A DNA stretch of 64,000 nucleotides. It comes from Octopus sinensis. Lineage: Eukaryota. The stretch spans positions 21,204,001-21,268,000 of the forward strand of contig NC_043008.1 of assembly GCF_006345805.1 (NCBI RefSeq), written 5' to 3'. The notes beneath the pieces were generated by a model, which saw only the letters and a list, made by a program, of their open reading frames with translations, did not search any database and was not told where the DNA came from. A program made the position numbers and the translations under genes. Positions 26,386 through 40,459 of the stretch are shown one piece after another. Position 1 is the stretch's first letter; each line of letters opens with the position of its first letter.

Positions 26386-26605
26386 CCCATTTGTTACAAT
26401 ATTTCTGTTGAGATGCTTTATGTTTCTTTCAATTATTTTAAATATAACAAAGAATTTAGTAAAATAACTTAGTTATCATTAAGCTAGTGTTAGAAACATA
26501 AATTGTGACTAAGGTTTGGTGGAAGATTTTAATTCAAAACTTATGAAAACAAGACATTTGTACCCAGAGCCAGAGCCGGTTTCAGCCGGGTTCATAACAA
26601 AAGGG
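26386..26605. mobile_element. piggyBac-type MITE
   Basis: TTAA|CCC...GGG|TTAA; homologous to 9178-9393. Confidence 0.75.
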
Positions 26606-26634
26606 TTAATCTAATAATTCAACAGTGATGTATC

Positions 26635-26819
26635 CAGTGGTTCCCAACCTTTTCACTACAATTGACATATCTTATTTAAATTAATTTAAATAAAATTAAT
26701 TTTTCTCACGAATACCAGGTTTTTGAAAGGTCCAAGTTCTCACTAAACTTTGAACTCAACTCACAGACATCCCTTTGTGAAATCCCAGGTATCCACATAT
26801 CTCAGGTTGTGAATCACTG
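26635..26819. mobile_element. hAT (Charlie-like) MITE
   Basis: TIRs cagtggttcccaacct / aggttgtgaatcactg; TSD imperfect. Confidence 0.6.
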
Positions 26820-27397
26820 TTGTATGACATTATAAAAAATTTTTAATGCTTGGCTGATTCTTGACAAATTTTCTGTGCCTAGGGTACTATCAAAAGATTG
26901 TTACACCTCCCAAGTATATGAACAAGTCAATTACTTTCAGCTATGCATTGTAAATCTGTAAACATAAATTGTGACTAAGGTTTGGTGGAAGATGTTAATT
27001 CAAAACTTATGATGACAAGGTATTTGTATCAAGAGCCAGAGCCTGTTTCAGCCGGGTTGGTAATGAAAGGGTTAATCTAATAATTCAACATTGATGTATC
27101 CAGTGGTTCCCAACCTTTTCACTATAATTGACATATCTTATTTAAATTAATTTAATTAAAATGAATTTTTCTCATGAATACCAGGTTTTTGAAAGGACAT
27201 ATGTTTTGCAGAGGCCGATTACCAAACAACATGTTCTAAGTTTTCCTACATGTAGGATTATTCTCTACACATCATAGGCGCAGGGGTGGCTGTGTGATAA
27301 GAAACCTGCTTCCCAACCACATGATTCCAGGTTCAGTCAAACCATCCAACCCATGCCAGCATGGACAACAGATGTTAAATGATGATGATATATATAT

Positions 27398-27805
27398 AGG
27401 CACAGGAGTGGCTGTGTGGTAAGTAGATTGCTTACCAACCACATGGTTCCGGGTTCATTCCAACTGCGTGGCACCTTGGGCAAGTGTCTTCTACTATAAC
27501 CTCGGGCCGACCAAAGCCTTGTGAGTGGATTTGGTAGACAGAAACTGGAAGAAGCCCGTCGTATATATGTATATATATATATATGTATTTGTGTGTATAT
27601 GTTTGTGTGTCTCTGTTTATCCCACCACCATTGCCTGACAACCAATGGTGGTGTGTTTATGTCCCCGTAACTTAGCGGTTCAGCAAAAGAAACTGATAGA
27701 ATAAGTACTAGGCTTACAAAGAATAAGTCCTGGGGTCGATTTACTCGACTAAAAGGCGGTGTTCCAGCATGGCTGCAGCCAAATTGCTGAAGCAAGTAAA
27801 AAAGA
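27398..27805 (+). mobile_element. tRNA-derived SINE family A
   Basis: Homology to other copies. Confidence 0.85.
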
Positions 27806-27902
27806 AAATATATATATACTCACACACACATATAAACACACTCATGTATCTATAAGTATTTATGTGGATATCTTTGCATGCCTGTGTGTATTTGTGTGTG
27901 TG

Positions 27903-28243
27903 TAAAAAGACCCCCTTCGGTCACGAGTGACCATGGGATTGCACCTAGAAAGTTACCCTCCTAGACACAAGTCCGGGCAAGGTTGTTTTATGGAAGACCA
28001 GCAGTCGCCCATGCATACCAGCCTTCCCTCTCCACGCCACCAGTGTTATCCAAGGGAAAGACAAAGGTCGATACAGCTTGGCACCTGTGACGTCGCAACT
28101 CATTTCTACAGCTGAGTGAACTAGAGCAACGTGAAATAAAGTGCCTTGCTCAAGAACACAACACGCAGCCCGGTCCGGGATTCGAGCTCACAACCTCACG
28201 ATCGTAAGCTCGACGCTCTAACCACTGAGCCATGCGCCTTCAC
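27903..28243 (-). mobile_element. tRNA-derived SINE family D, full length
   Basis: Minus strand tggctcagtggttagag A box and B-box-like segment, followed by ttgagcaaggcactttatttcac (CORE/V-like) domain. Confidence 0.8.
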
Positions 28244-29004
28244 GTGTATGTGTGTGTGTATGTATGCCAAAATATATGTTTCTTGCAAATGGAATATAAA
28301 ATTGTAGAATCCAACTAAAAATGTCTTTCTAATGTAAGATTCTTTTAGAAAGTTGCTCTGTTTCGTTTCTGGTCACATTGCTTTTACTGTATGAAGTTTG
28401 ACAAACTGAAAAATTATTTCAACTATGTCGGCTTCTGTTATATTTACTGGAAAATATTTCTTTAATGATATTGCAGTTTATCCTCAAAAGGAAAACAAAA
28501 AAAAAATTAATTTTCTTTTCTACTTTTGTAAAATCAATTTTAAATAAAAAAACCAAAAAAATCTAAATAATAGGAAGAAAAAAAGTAAATATTTTGGTTT
28601 TCAAAAATATAGTTCTTTTAAGTTGTGTATCTTAGTAAATAAAGAGAAACGTTATGTTTGGAAGCAGTGAAGTTGTACGCATCCAGAAAATTTGATGTTT
28701 ATGTGAAAATTTCATGTATCATGCTTAGCGAACTATGAAAATGATAATTCAAAGCAGAAATAATATTCTATTTTTTTCCTGTAGGTAAACAGTATTGAAA
28801 ATAAAATATTCTAAAAATGACAAAGAAGAGAATGACATTGTTTCCATGCAATTGTATTGAGACCATGATTCTTACGTTCTGCAATTTTTATGTTACTTTC
28901 AGGGAAATAAGTTAGTTTCGAATATTGATAGGATTGTTTTCAAAGTTAGTCATAAGTAATCTCTTTTCTTTGTATAAGTACTAAAACTATTCACATGTAA
29001 AATT

Positions 29005-29014
29005 CTACTACTAC

Positions 29015-29075
<61 letters not shown>

Positions 29076-29082
29076 AATAATA

Positions 29083-29131
<49 letters not shown>

Positions 29132-29150
29132 TAATAATAATAAAATAATG

Positions 29151-29195
<45 letters not shown>

Positions 29196-29203
29196 TAATG
29201 ATA

Positions 29204-29251
<48 letters not shown>

Positions 29252-29264
29252 TAATAATAATAAA

Positions 29265-29311
<47 letters not shown>

Positions 29312-29396
29312 AATAATAATAATGATAATAATAATAATAATGATGATGATGATGATAATATTATTACTATTATTATTATTGTTGTTATTGTTATTA

Positions 29397-29448
<52 letters not shown>
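29005..29448. repeat. (TTA)n-(TAA/TGA)n-(TTA)n trinucleotide array with two strand switches
   Basis: Orientation flips at ~29072 and ~29360. Confidence 0.95.
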
Positions 29449-29894
29449 CCGATGCTTTTTTTGTTCTACCATGAAGTCAGTGTAGGTATATTTGTTGGAA
29501 TTTCTTGCTTGTATTGGAACTAGAATAACTGTAATAAGATTAAAAGCGTTGACAGATCAAGAAACGAAAAAAAAAAACCCCAAAAAACAAACTGAAATAT
29601 AGTTTGCTGTGGATTATCTCATTTTCTTTTTCATATAAAATACATCAGCTGTTGGCTTAGTTAAGTAGGAGAGATTGAAGTTTGTATGATGCCAAGTAAG
29701 TATAGTATTTAAACAAATATAGATGAGATTTCTATTATACTATGGTTGAGGAAATCCACCCCTATTCCCACCCCCAGCTCCCTGTTTAAATCAAAATAAT
29801 TACCTACACTATAGTTTCTCTATTGTAGTTGAGAAGTTACTGTCATAAGTTATCGAAATTTGTACTTCAAAGCAAAACAGTTTTTGATGATGGT

Positions 29895-30108
29895 TTCTTA
29901 TTTTGGCACAAGGCCAGCAATTTCAGAGAAAGGGTTAAATTGAATACATTGATCCCAGTGCTCAACTGGTATCTGTTTTATCGACACCGAAAGGATGAAA
30001 GGCAAAGTTGACCTCGGTAGAATTTGAACTCTGAGCACAAAGATACACAGAATGCCACTATGCAGTTTGCTCAGCATGCTAACAATTCTGCCAGCTTGCC
30101 CTTGCCAC
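29895..30108 (-). mobile_element. Diverged SINE family B
   Basis: Reverse complement of the family B head and central domain. Confidence 0.7.
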
Positions 30109-30299
30109 ATTCATACAACTGTTGATAATAGTTTGTGATATGTTGGGTTAAGAGTCACTTGAATGACAAAATGGTAGAAAGCTGCCCGCAATTGATAACA
30201 TATCTCTCATGGTTACAGAAAATGTGTGACTTGTGTCCCATGAGTAACTTGTGAACTTTTACTCCATCCAATTGATTTTAACTCAGAATTTTTTTTATG

Positions 30300-30541
30300 C
30301 ACCCTTTTCAAGCCTAGCAAGGTTCATGAGCATGGTTTCCCGGTTTCTATGATGTATGTCTTCCTCCCAGCTGGATGGGACGCCAGTCCATTGCAGCTTT
30401 ACTCAAGAAACAGAAAGGAAGAGTGAGAGAAAGTTGGGGCGAAAGAGTACAACAGGGGTTGCCAACGCCCGGTCTTGGGATTGAAACCGCGATCCTCCGA
30501 CCGCTAGTCTGCTGTCCTAACCACTGGGCCATTGCGCCTCC
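30300..30541 (-). mobile_element. tRNA-derived SINE family C
   Basis: ggaggcgcaatggcccagtggttagg head. Confidence 0.75.
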
Positions 30542-31879
30542 CTAACTCAGTATGCTACACACAATTATTTATAGTTCCATTTGCTTTGAAATACACCATC
30601 AAGATAGTTTTTACATTTTTCTCAATGTTTTTATTGTTATATTCTAAATGTAGAGAATACTGTCATAATATTGCCATGAATCTAGTAACATTGTGGTCTA
30701 TCATGATCAAATTAGTTTGATGGCTCCCATTCCTCTTTAGAAATCGGATTCACAGGAGCTGTTGAAGTCATCCCTGCCTGCTTATGAAACACCGTCTATT
30801 TTATTGTACTGTTATACAGAGGTATCCTTATCATAACTGACATGTTTACAGCTCAGTGGTTTTAGACATTTGAGAGCTAAGTGTCTTAGACATTGACACG
30901 ATACAGCACCACAGGCTAGAAACAAACTGTCACTTCCTTGACTTGTTTCTTGTCATGTACTCTATCAAAGTCGACGTCCGTGATTGCAATAATGCTTGTA
31001 CAACATTACATTATGCTGAAGTAAAATGGTTGTCAAAATTTTAATCTGATTTGCTCACAAGGAATGATTCATTGATGAAGCTAAAATTATTTGAAGTAAA
31101 CAAAATAAATGATAGGTCTGTTTCTATCAGTGATTGGCAGTCGATTGAGTCTGTGAAGTGTCTGCAACGTCCTTTCATTCTGTCACTGCTTTCCTTGCTG
31201 TAAAAGTATGAGCCATTTGTTGGTTGTGTAATTGTATTTTTACAGTTGCCGGTTCAAATCATATTGGAAAGAAGTTTTAATCTTGTTACAAGAAGATCCA
31301 ATGGAAAGTTTGTTGGGATTAGATGAAAAGAACTCTGAGGAAGTGCAACATCAGACTCAAAGACACCAAGGATGCTACTCCTGACTGTACCACTTCTCAG
31401 TAGCTGTGTGGAGACAAAGTTCATATTTTGGGAATGGAGAGGGCAATCAGAGGACAATGGCAGAGGCCCAGAAGTGATGCAACTATGTGTGTAGCATACT
31501 GAGTTAAGGAGGTGCAATGGCCCAGTGGTTAGGGAAGCAGACTAGCGGTCGGAGGATCACGGTTTCGATTCCCAGACTGGGCGTTGTGTGTGTTTATCGA
31601 GCAAAAATACCACCTAAAAGCTCCATGACGCTCCAGCACTACTACCACTACTGCTACCATCACCACATATACATGTCCCATCTACACTAGAGCTTGTGGG
31701 TTTAAGAGCGGACACATCAGCTATCCAAGATCTCACTGTAATGTATAGTGGTTCAATCATAACATTTGTAACCTATTTTAGTGTTATTACAGCCCTAACA
31801 CACAGTACTGTCATTTGTTACTTATTGTACTATAATTACAGCTCTAATATATATTACTATGGAAATTGTAGTTGTGATA

Positions 31880-32203
31880 CCTGTGCCGGTGGCACGTAAA
31901 AAGCACCATCCAAACACCGCCTTGACTGACTTATGTGCCGGTGGCATGTAAAAAGCACCAACCGATTGTGGCTGCTGCCAGCCTCGCCTGTCACCTGTGC
32001 TGGTGGCATGTAAAAAGCACCCACTACACTCACGGACTGGTTGGTGTTAGGAAGGGCATCCAGCTGTGGAAGCACTGCCAGATCAGACTGGAGCCTGGTA
32101 CAGCCTCCTGGCTTCCCAGACCCTGATCGATCCCTCCAACCTGTGCTAGCATGGAAAGCGGACGTTAAACGATGATGAGGATGATGATGATGATGATGAT
32201 GAC
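31880..32203 (+). mobile_element. RTE-type 3' end repeat with (GAT)n tail
   Basis: gtggcatgtaaaaagcacc repeats, aggaagggcatccagctg, gttaaacgatgat terminus. Confidence 0.75.
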
Positions 32204-32299
32204 ATTATGTTTATTTATTCATCTTGTTTTTCTTACATAAAAATTCTGATATTACATCTATCTAGATCTTTATTAACTTTTTAAAATCTATATTTTTTT

Positions 32300-32790
32300 T
32301 TTCACCAGGTCAAAGGACTACCTCACATCTGAGGTCATTTTGTGTCCAAGTCCGCAATTCATCCTTGTATGGAATTCTGTTGCCATATTTGGGCAGATGC
32401 ACCGTTTTGTCACTTGGATCTCTTTGGCCAGGTTCAGAAGCGAATTCCTAATTTGATCGGTTCCTCTCTTGCGTCAACTCTGCAACCCTTGTCACATCGA
32501 CATAATACCCTCAGTCTTAGTTTTTTCTATCATTATTACCACAGAAAGTGCTCTGATGATCTTTTAGTCTTGGACCACTTTGTGCTGTCTCACCCAACTT
32601 GAGACCCATAGCGTCTTCATACAAATGCTGTTGTGCTTCCATGAATATGGAAGTCTTCTTTCTATGGTTATGGCTTTTATTTTTGAACTACCAGACTTTG
32701 GAATTCTTTTCCATCTCTTTGTCTTTCCCCTTCTTATAACCTGAACTCATCAAAGCCTAAAGTAAATCCGTTCCTTTCACCTTAATTTTT
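32300..32790 (+). mobile_element. Old CR1/Jockey-group LINE ORF2 C-terminal remnant
   Basis: KSAIHPCMEFCCHIWADAP...QVQKRIPNLIG...LQPLSHRHN..SLSFFYHYYHRKCSDDL resembles RPxMEYCSHIW...LxHRR..ASLxxFYxxYxGxCSxEL. Confidence 0.8.
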
Positions 32791-34088
32791 CCTTCTTCAT
32801 GGTCATTTCTTCTCACCTCCCAATCTTGAAAAATTAAACTAAAGGTTCTGATGAACATGCAGTTAGTCAAGCATAAAAATCATTAAAAAATAACTGTTTC
32901 ATAAATTTGGATGAAACTTGGTGATAGGGTGTAATGATTATTGGTGTACAGCTGTGCTTGCAGTTTTTTTACTTGTGGATTTTTATGTTAACATGTCATT
33001 ATTACATGCTCAGGTAAATTAAATACAGGTCAGTTGATTACAGGTAAACGTTTTCTCATATATTTACAAAATATGCACTGGTGTGACTGCATAGGTGCAG
33101 GCATGGCTTTGTGGTTCTGGACTTAGCAACAATCACAGCTTTTATGCAGTGCAGGGTTTTAAAAGTTAATGTTTGCAGTCTCAAACATTAAACTTTTACC
33201 ACCGAAAGAATTGTATGATTCTTCATCAGAAATGCCAATAATATGGCATTTATTCTAAATGGATCTTAAGAAACTGTCTAGTCTTGAAAAGTTATTATGA
33301 GTGCAGAACTCATTAGCATCAAAAGCTATTCAGACTGACACAATGGTTTCAACGATAACATTGTACTGGACACTTGGCAGAAAGAATTAACATGAGAAAG
33401 TGCCACAGCTATTTTACAGGAAAAATTAACTGATCTTGAAATAATGTAGAAATTATTCAAGAAGAAACGAATTTACTTTGATAGTCAAACTGTGATCCGA
33501 TTCTAGTTTCAAAGCTCTCTCTTGTCAGAATCAAGATAAAATGAGGTTACTAACTATAGAGATTACTGATATATCAGATACAAAGTTGTGTTTAAATTGA
33601 ATTTATGGCATGTAGGACCCGTAAAGTCCAGTGCAGATCAATTTCATTCTACTCATCCTTTATGACATTTATGAAATGTCGCCTCTCTATAAAAATGCGA
33701 ATGTTTAAAGTGGTTTTGACTACGAGTCATGCCAGTTGGTCAGAAAGTAGCCAGTAAGTCTGGTTAATAAACTTAGTTTGTTGTGTCCAGTGCAGTTATG
33801 CAACTACTTAATACTTCCATGGATTAACTGTGGTGGAAAACAAATTCTTAATTGGATTGGGTTGCTGCGCAGTTTCCTGGTCAAAGAATTTGGCATGAAG
33901 AGTTTTAGTTTCAGCAATCTCCTTCCATTAGCTAATTAGAAACCCTATTTTTTTTTTTTTAATATTTGTTAAAGTTTATTGCTTACAGCAGTACTTTTCA
34001 AACTTTTTGCTGGAGTGGAACCCCAAGGAAACATTCCACTGGCTCGAGGAACTCCTGTGCAATAATTTAATAGTCTTATGCACACACA

Positions 34089-34503
34089 GGCGCAGGAGTG
34101 GCTGTGTAGTAAGTAGCTTGCTAACCAACCACATGGTTCCGGGTTCAGTCCCACTGCGTGGCATCTTGAGCAAGTGTCTTCTGCTATAGCCCCGTGCCGA
34201 CCAAAGCCTTGTGAGTGGATTTGGTAGACGGAAACTGAGAGAAGCCTGTCGTATATATGTATATATATATATATATGTATGTGTGTGTTTGTTTGTCTGT
34301 GTTTGTCCCCCTAGCATTGCTTGACAACCGATGCTGGTGTGTTTACGTCCCCGTAACTTAGCGATTCGGCAAAAGAGACCGATAGAATAAGTACTAGGCT
34401 TACAAAGAATAAGTCCTGGGGTCGATTTGCTCGACTAAAGGCGGTGCTCCAGCATGGCCGCAGTCAGATGACTGAAACAAGTAAAAGAGTAAAGAGTAAA
34501 GAG
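34089..34503 (+). mobile_element. tRNA-derived SINE family A, full length
   Basis: Homology to other copies. Confidence 0.9.
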
Positions 34504-35511
34504 AGTATATCTGCACAGGAGAATTAAAAATTACTGCCGATTTTAGTAGTTTTGTAACTTCTTGCGGAACCCCTGGACTGTACTGGCAGAACCCTGGTTG
34601 AAAACCACTGGCTTACAGTCTCAGATAGAATGCAATTAGAAATAACCCCAACCATTCATTTGATCTGTTATCTACTTTTAATTTCAATCTTATAACTATT
34701 TTATTGTGTTCTACTTCATCTTTTTAAACATTATTTCATTTCTAGAGAGTCTGTTATATTATTTTCTTTCCCCCCTTTATGAATTTAGTTTTTAATATTA
34801 TTTTCCACTGACTAGTTAAAAATCGCACTACCCCGTAACAACATCAAAAAATTTTTCTATTTTTACATATGAAAATTTTGTTTCTAATATATTCTTATCA
34901 CATTATTGAAATTTCTTTTTGAACTGCAGGGCAAATATTCTATGTACTCCATAGACCAGAATCCTTGATATTATCCTTTATTTTTTTTTGTGAATATCAT
35001 AAAGGACAAGTAAAATAAAATTGATTTGCACTGAAGCTTATGGTTTTATACACCATAAATTCAATTTAAACGCTACATTGTACCTGATATAGTTAGTAAC
35101 CTATACTAATAAACCTGCATTGGAAGTTCTAAGTGATTTATTGTCATTTCTGATAGAGTACATACATTTATGATTAGGTTTGGTTAATAGTTACAAATAG
35201 CATATTCATGTACATCTAATGAAGAGCGTGGAGGAGGTGGGCATTGCGAGGTTGCTGAATTGATTTTCGTTTTCATTGCTTTTAGGCAAACCAGTAGAGT
35301 TTAATAAAGAGGAATTTTATTACTTGAAATCTGTATTAAAAGCACCTAAGTAGAGTGGTGCTCAGTCATCGTGAAAATATTTAATTTTTATCAATACACA
35401 CGCATCATGCAGACACACATATTTACACATCATATACGCAAGCAGAAACTTGTCCCCCCCCACACTCTTTCTTCTTTCTGTATGTATGTATATATATAGA
35501 TATAGATATAC

Positions 35512-35579
<68 letters not shown>

Positions 35580-36818
35580 GTATGTGTGTGTTTGTTTGTC
35601 TGTGTTTGTCCCCCTAGCATTGCTTGACAACCGATGCTGGTGTGTTTATGTCCCCGTAACTTAGCGATTCGGCAAAAGAGACCGATAGAATAAGTACTAG
35701 GCTTACAAAGAATAAGTCCTGGGGTCGATTTGCTCGACTAAAGGCGGTGCTCCAGCATGGCCGCAGTCAGATGACTGAAACAAGTAAAAGAGTAAAGAGT
35801 AAAGAGAGTATATCTGCACAGGAGAATTAAAAATTACTGCCGATTTTAGTAGTTTTGTAACTTCTTGCGGAACCCCTGGACTGTACTGGCAGAACCCTGG
35901 TTGAAAACCACTGGCTTACAGTCTCAGATAGAATGCAATTAGAAATAACCCCAACCATTCATTTGATCTGTTATCTACTTTTAATTTCAATCTTATAACT
36001 ATTTTATTGTGTTCTACTTCATCTTTTTAAACATTATTTCATTTCTAGAGAGTCTGTTATATTATTTTCTTTCCCCCCTTTATGAATTTAGTTTTTAATA
36101 TTATTTTCCACTGACTAGTTAAAAATCGCACTACCCCGTAACAACATCAAAAAATTTTTCTATTTTTACATATGAAAATTTTGTTTCTAATATATTCTTA
36201 TCACATTATTGAAATTTCTTTTTGAACTGCAGGGCAAATATTCTATGTACTCCATAGACCAGAATCCTTGATATTATCCTTTATTTTTTTTTGTGAATAT
36301 CATAAAGGACAAGTAAAATAAAATTGATTTGCACTGAAGCTTATTGGTTTTATACACCATAAATTCAATTTAAACGCTACATTGTACCTGATATAGTTAG
36401 TAACCTATACTAATAAACCTGCATTGGAAGTTCTAAGTGATTTATTGTCATTTCTGATAGAGTACATACATTTATGATTAGGTTTGGTTAATAGTTACAA
36501 ATAGCATATTCATGTACATCTAATGAAGAGCGTGGAGGAGGTGGGCATTGCGAGGTTGCTGAATTGATTTTCGTTTTCATTGCTTTTAGGCAAACCAGTA
36601 GAGTTTAATAAAGAGGAATTTTATTACTTGAAATCTGTATTAAAAGCACCTAAGTAGAGTGGTGCTCAGTCATCGTGAAAATATTTAATTTTTATCAATA
36701 CACACGCATCATGCAGACACACATATTTACACATCATATACGCAAGCAGAAACTTGTCCCCCCCCCCACACTCTTTCTTTCTTTCTGTATGTATGTATAT
36801 ATATAGATATAGATATAC

Positions 36819-36890
<72 letters not shown>
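34256..36890. repeat. Tandem duplication A, period ~1303 bp
   Basis: ttgacaaccgatgctgg at 34321 and 35624; unique downstream sequence repeated almost identically. Confidence 0.95.
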
Positions 36891-37040
36891 CATGCATATG
36901 TGTATATATATATATTTGGCGGCAGCCTTTGGGCTGAAACATTTTTAAGGATTTAAGGATATATATATATATCTACACACACATACATACATACATACAT
37001 ACATACATACATACATAATACATACATACACACACACACA

Positions 37041-37088
<48 letters not shown>

Positions 37089-37682
37089 CACATATGCATG
37101 ATATATATATATACATGCATATATATATATATATACACATACAATTACTCACAGACACCTGTACATACACATGTATGTAATGCATATATATACTCACATA
37201 TATATATATATATATATATATAAATTCACACACACATATACATTCACACACACACACATATATATATATACATGCACATACACACATGCATGCATATATA
37301 TGCATGGTGTGTGTGTGTGTACTGGATCATGCGAAAAGGAGTACAGATAGTTTTCATAGAGCCCTCGGCGGTTATGAATACAGTGTAAGAAATGGAGAGA
37401 ATAAAAAGATTTCAGAGTTTATCGATGGTTATGGTTTGTTAAACTGTAATATTCCAATTCCAGAAAGCAGCTAATAATCTTGTTATATATCAGCTGGGTC
37501 AACATCACTATGCTCCCTAAAACATGTTACCCCCAGGATAAATTTTTAGCTCTTCATTTTCATTTTATATTACCTCCTTGCTCTACACCCACCCACCACC
37601 ACCATATATTTACTGTAGATCACTTCTGACTTATTCTTGTAAATCCCTAACACTGCTTTTCACTTTCCATCCTATTACCTAT

Positions 37683-37910
37683 TTCTTTACTACCCACAAG
37701 GGGCCAAACACAGAGAGGACAAACAAGGACAGACAAACGGATCATATCGATTACATCGACCCCAGTGCGCAACTGGTACTTATTTAATCGACCCCGAAAG
37801 GATGAAAGGCAAAGTCGACCTCAGCGGAATTTGAACTCAGAACGTACCGGCAGATGAAATACTGCTAAGCATTTCGCCCGGCGTGCTAACGATTCTGCCA
37901 GCTTGCCGCC
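37683..37910 (-). mobile_element. SINE family B
   Basis: Reverse complement of 5884-6120. Confidence 0.85.
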
Positions 37911-38535
37911 TATTACCTACTTTCATCTTACCTTTCCTTCATGCCCCTCATTACTCACCCATGACCCACCCATTTATAATGTTAGGTAGTACTGTATTTC
38001 CTCCTATTCAACCTTCCTCACCATTCTTATCATTTACTTACTCTTTCAACCCCTAACTTTTCGCATTTCACTTTCCCTCCTAATAACCCCTTCCTGAACA
38101 CTGTCTCTGTTGTCAAGCGATGAGGTGGGGACAAACACAGACACACAAATACATGCACACACACACACACACACACACACACCACACACACACACACACA
38201 AATATATGATGGGCTTCTTTCAGTTTCCGTCTACCAAATCCACCCATAAGGTTTTGATCGGCCTGAGGCTATAGTAATAGACACTTGCCCAAGGTGCCGT
38301 GCAGTGGGACTGAACCCGGAACCATGTGGTTGGGAAGCAAGCTTCTTACTACTCCTGCGCCTAGTATCAGTCACCTTGGTAACAATGTAATACTGCCACA
38401 TGGAATTTATACAATTAAAGCTACATTGAATTGGTAGTTTAGTTGGAAGCATTTAGAATTTTCCCCCCCAACCTTTCTTTATTATTTTTTTGCTTACAAA
38501 CATTGGCATTTAATATTCTAAATGAATAATATCTA

Positions 38536-38737
38536 TGAGGGAGAACTGAAAAGTTCCTGGCTTTAAGGGGTCACAAAAGGCCCAAGATTCTGAGTTCTTT
38601 TACAGGGCTTAGAGAAAACTGAAGGACCACTGCAACAAGTGTGTGAATCTGAGAGGGGAATATGTTGAATGAAATCATAATTAACTGATTTTCTTGTATT
38701 TTCTTTTACTCAAAGCCAGAAAAATTTTAGCACCTCA
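38536..38737. mobile_element. Internally deleted mariner element (MITE)
   Basis: TA|tgaggg..aaagttcctggcttt and aaagccagaaaaattttagcacctca|TA; internal LRKLKDHCNKCVNLRGEYVE* mariner C-terminus. Confidence 0.75.
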
Positions 38738-38950
38738 TACATCACTCTTGTTAGTCTGTGATGGCCAGAAATGGTCGTAGGCACTGCCTCTATCTCCTTC
38801 GACTAACTGATAAAAACAAATATTTAATGGTCTGGATCATTGAGTCATTGATAGTTATAATGTGGTGGTGATACAGCTTATTGCTGTGAAATCATTGGAG
38901 AACAATCCAAAATTGACAAATCTCATAGCCCTTTGATAATTTATTTCAAT

Positions 38951-39340
38951 CTAGCACTATGACTCGGCGTTGCTGGTCCATAGTGCTAGTGCATGCATAT
39001 ACAGCTGCGTGTGTGCGCACATATACGCGAGTACTGTCCAAATCTCTGACCAATCATATACAGCTAGCTGGCATTCAATTGGCATATCAAGTTTCGGGCA
39101 TTTTGATTGGGTTTTGAATAGAAAATTCACAAAAAAGTCACTTCTATTCATTTTTTTAATGGCTTTGCGGGGTGACTGGGGAAATGTAAATATGTGCACG
39201 ACCACCCTTGGACGGTTTCGAATGACCATAGAAAGTGCGAGCCCTCTAACTAGAAAATTGTGGATTTGTATAAAGGACATGCACGCACACACACACACAC
39301 ACACCACAGACAGACATTTTGCCATTTATATATATAGAGA
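38951..39340 (-). mobile_element. Non-autonomous Helitron, family 2
   Basis: Minus strand A|TCTCTATATATATAAA 5' end; 3' hairpin ctagcactatg...catagtgctag ending in CTAG (next base A, not T). Confidence 0.65.
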
Positions 39341-39744
39341 TACGGGTGACGTTTTTGAAACAGGGTTCATCATCAAGTCAACTGCGTTAATAAAAAAATT
39401 CAAGGTAAATTTTCATTTAGGCATGCTATTAAGAAAGTCCTGCTGGTTACAGTTTGCTCATGACTGGTTTCGCTTGTGATGGCTCACAAATGGTTGGTAA
39501 GAAAGTCTTCTGTGATGGCTCAGTAAAGTTATGGCTCTTGCAACTGTTTCAAAGTAGAAACTCATATTCTATTCTAATTCAACAAACTGCTTGAAATGTA
39601 TTTGGTGGATGTAAGCAGTGTTTATTCATGTCTTTATTCTTTTACAGGAAATTTTGTTTCTGTGATTCTGATGAAATTCATTTATTATATTCTATTTCAT
39701 TTAGATATTACTAAAGTTCTTTGTAGTAAATTTGCCATGTCCAT

Positions 39745-39993
39745 GTATACACACACAGATGCACACATACACAAATGTGGACACACATACACTCTGAAAC
39801 TCACCCCCACGCACAGAGACACAGACACAGACACACACACACACACATACACACACACACAGACAGACACACACACACACTGACACAGACAGACAGATAC
39901 ACACATTCTCTCACACACACACAGACATAGACAGTCAGATACACACACTCTCACACACACACACACAGACAGATACCTACACAGACACACACT

Positions 39994-40032
<39 letters not shown>
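39745..40032. repeat. (CA)n/(CAGA)n microsatellite
   Basis: Direct inspection. Confidence 0.9.
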
Positions 40033-40033
<1 letters not shown>

Positions 40034-40286
40034 CCAGTTAGCCAGGTTATACATGTTTTGCTACTCTGTGCATAACCTAATTGTATTTTATCCATGGTGC
40101 CTTGTTGTTGTTGCATGTCTTTAACTTCTCACATGATACAGTTAGACTAAGCAAAGTCTGAGAATAAGATTACTGGAATTGTAATGGAAAATAATTATTT
40201 TAATGCTGCTTATACATGACAGTTAAGTTGTTTATGCTTAAATATTAATATAATATGATAAATCTACAAGACATGATTATTCTGAA

Positions 40287-40339
<53 letters not shown>

Positions 40340-40459
40340 AAAAAGTTTTGTGACTTTAGTTTGTAAAAGCACAAATAATTCATGGTATTTTATATAGATG
40401 AGAACTGTATTGCTGTCTAACCCTTGAATTAATATTTAATTAAATATATTTGTCTTTAG

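Noticed and set aside
29071-29474. Poly-I/L/Y/M, poly-S and poly-D ORFs here and at ~13900, 48500, 55500
   Set aside because: Trinucleotide microsatellites and retroposon tails.
31508-31580. tRNA-like sequences at SINE heads (also 28170-28243, 60787-60850)
   Set aside because: Run directly into SINE bodies with no complete cloverleaf; not tRNA genes.
37322-37474. GGYEYSVRNGENKKISEF fragment
   Set aside because: Resembles a very decayed RTE endonuclease segment; too short to call and not a host exon.
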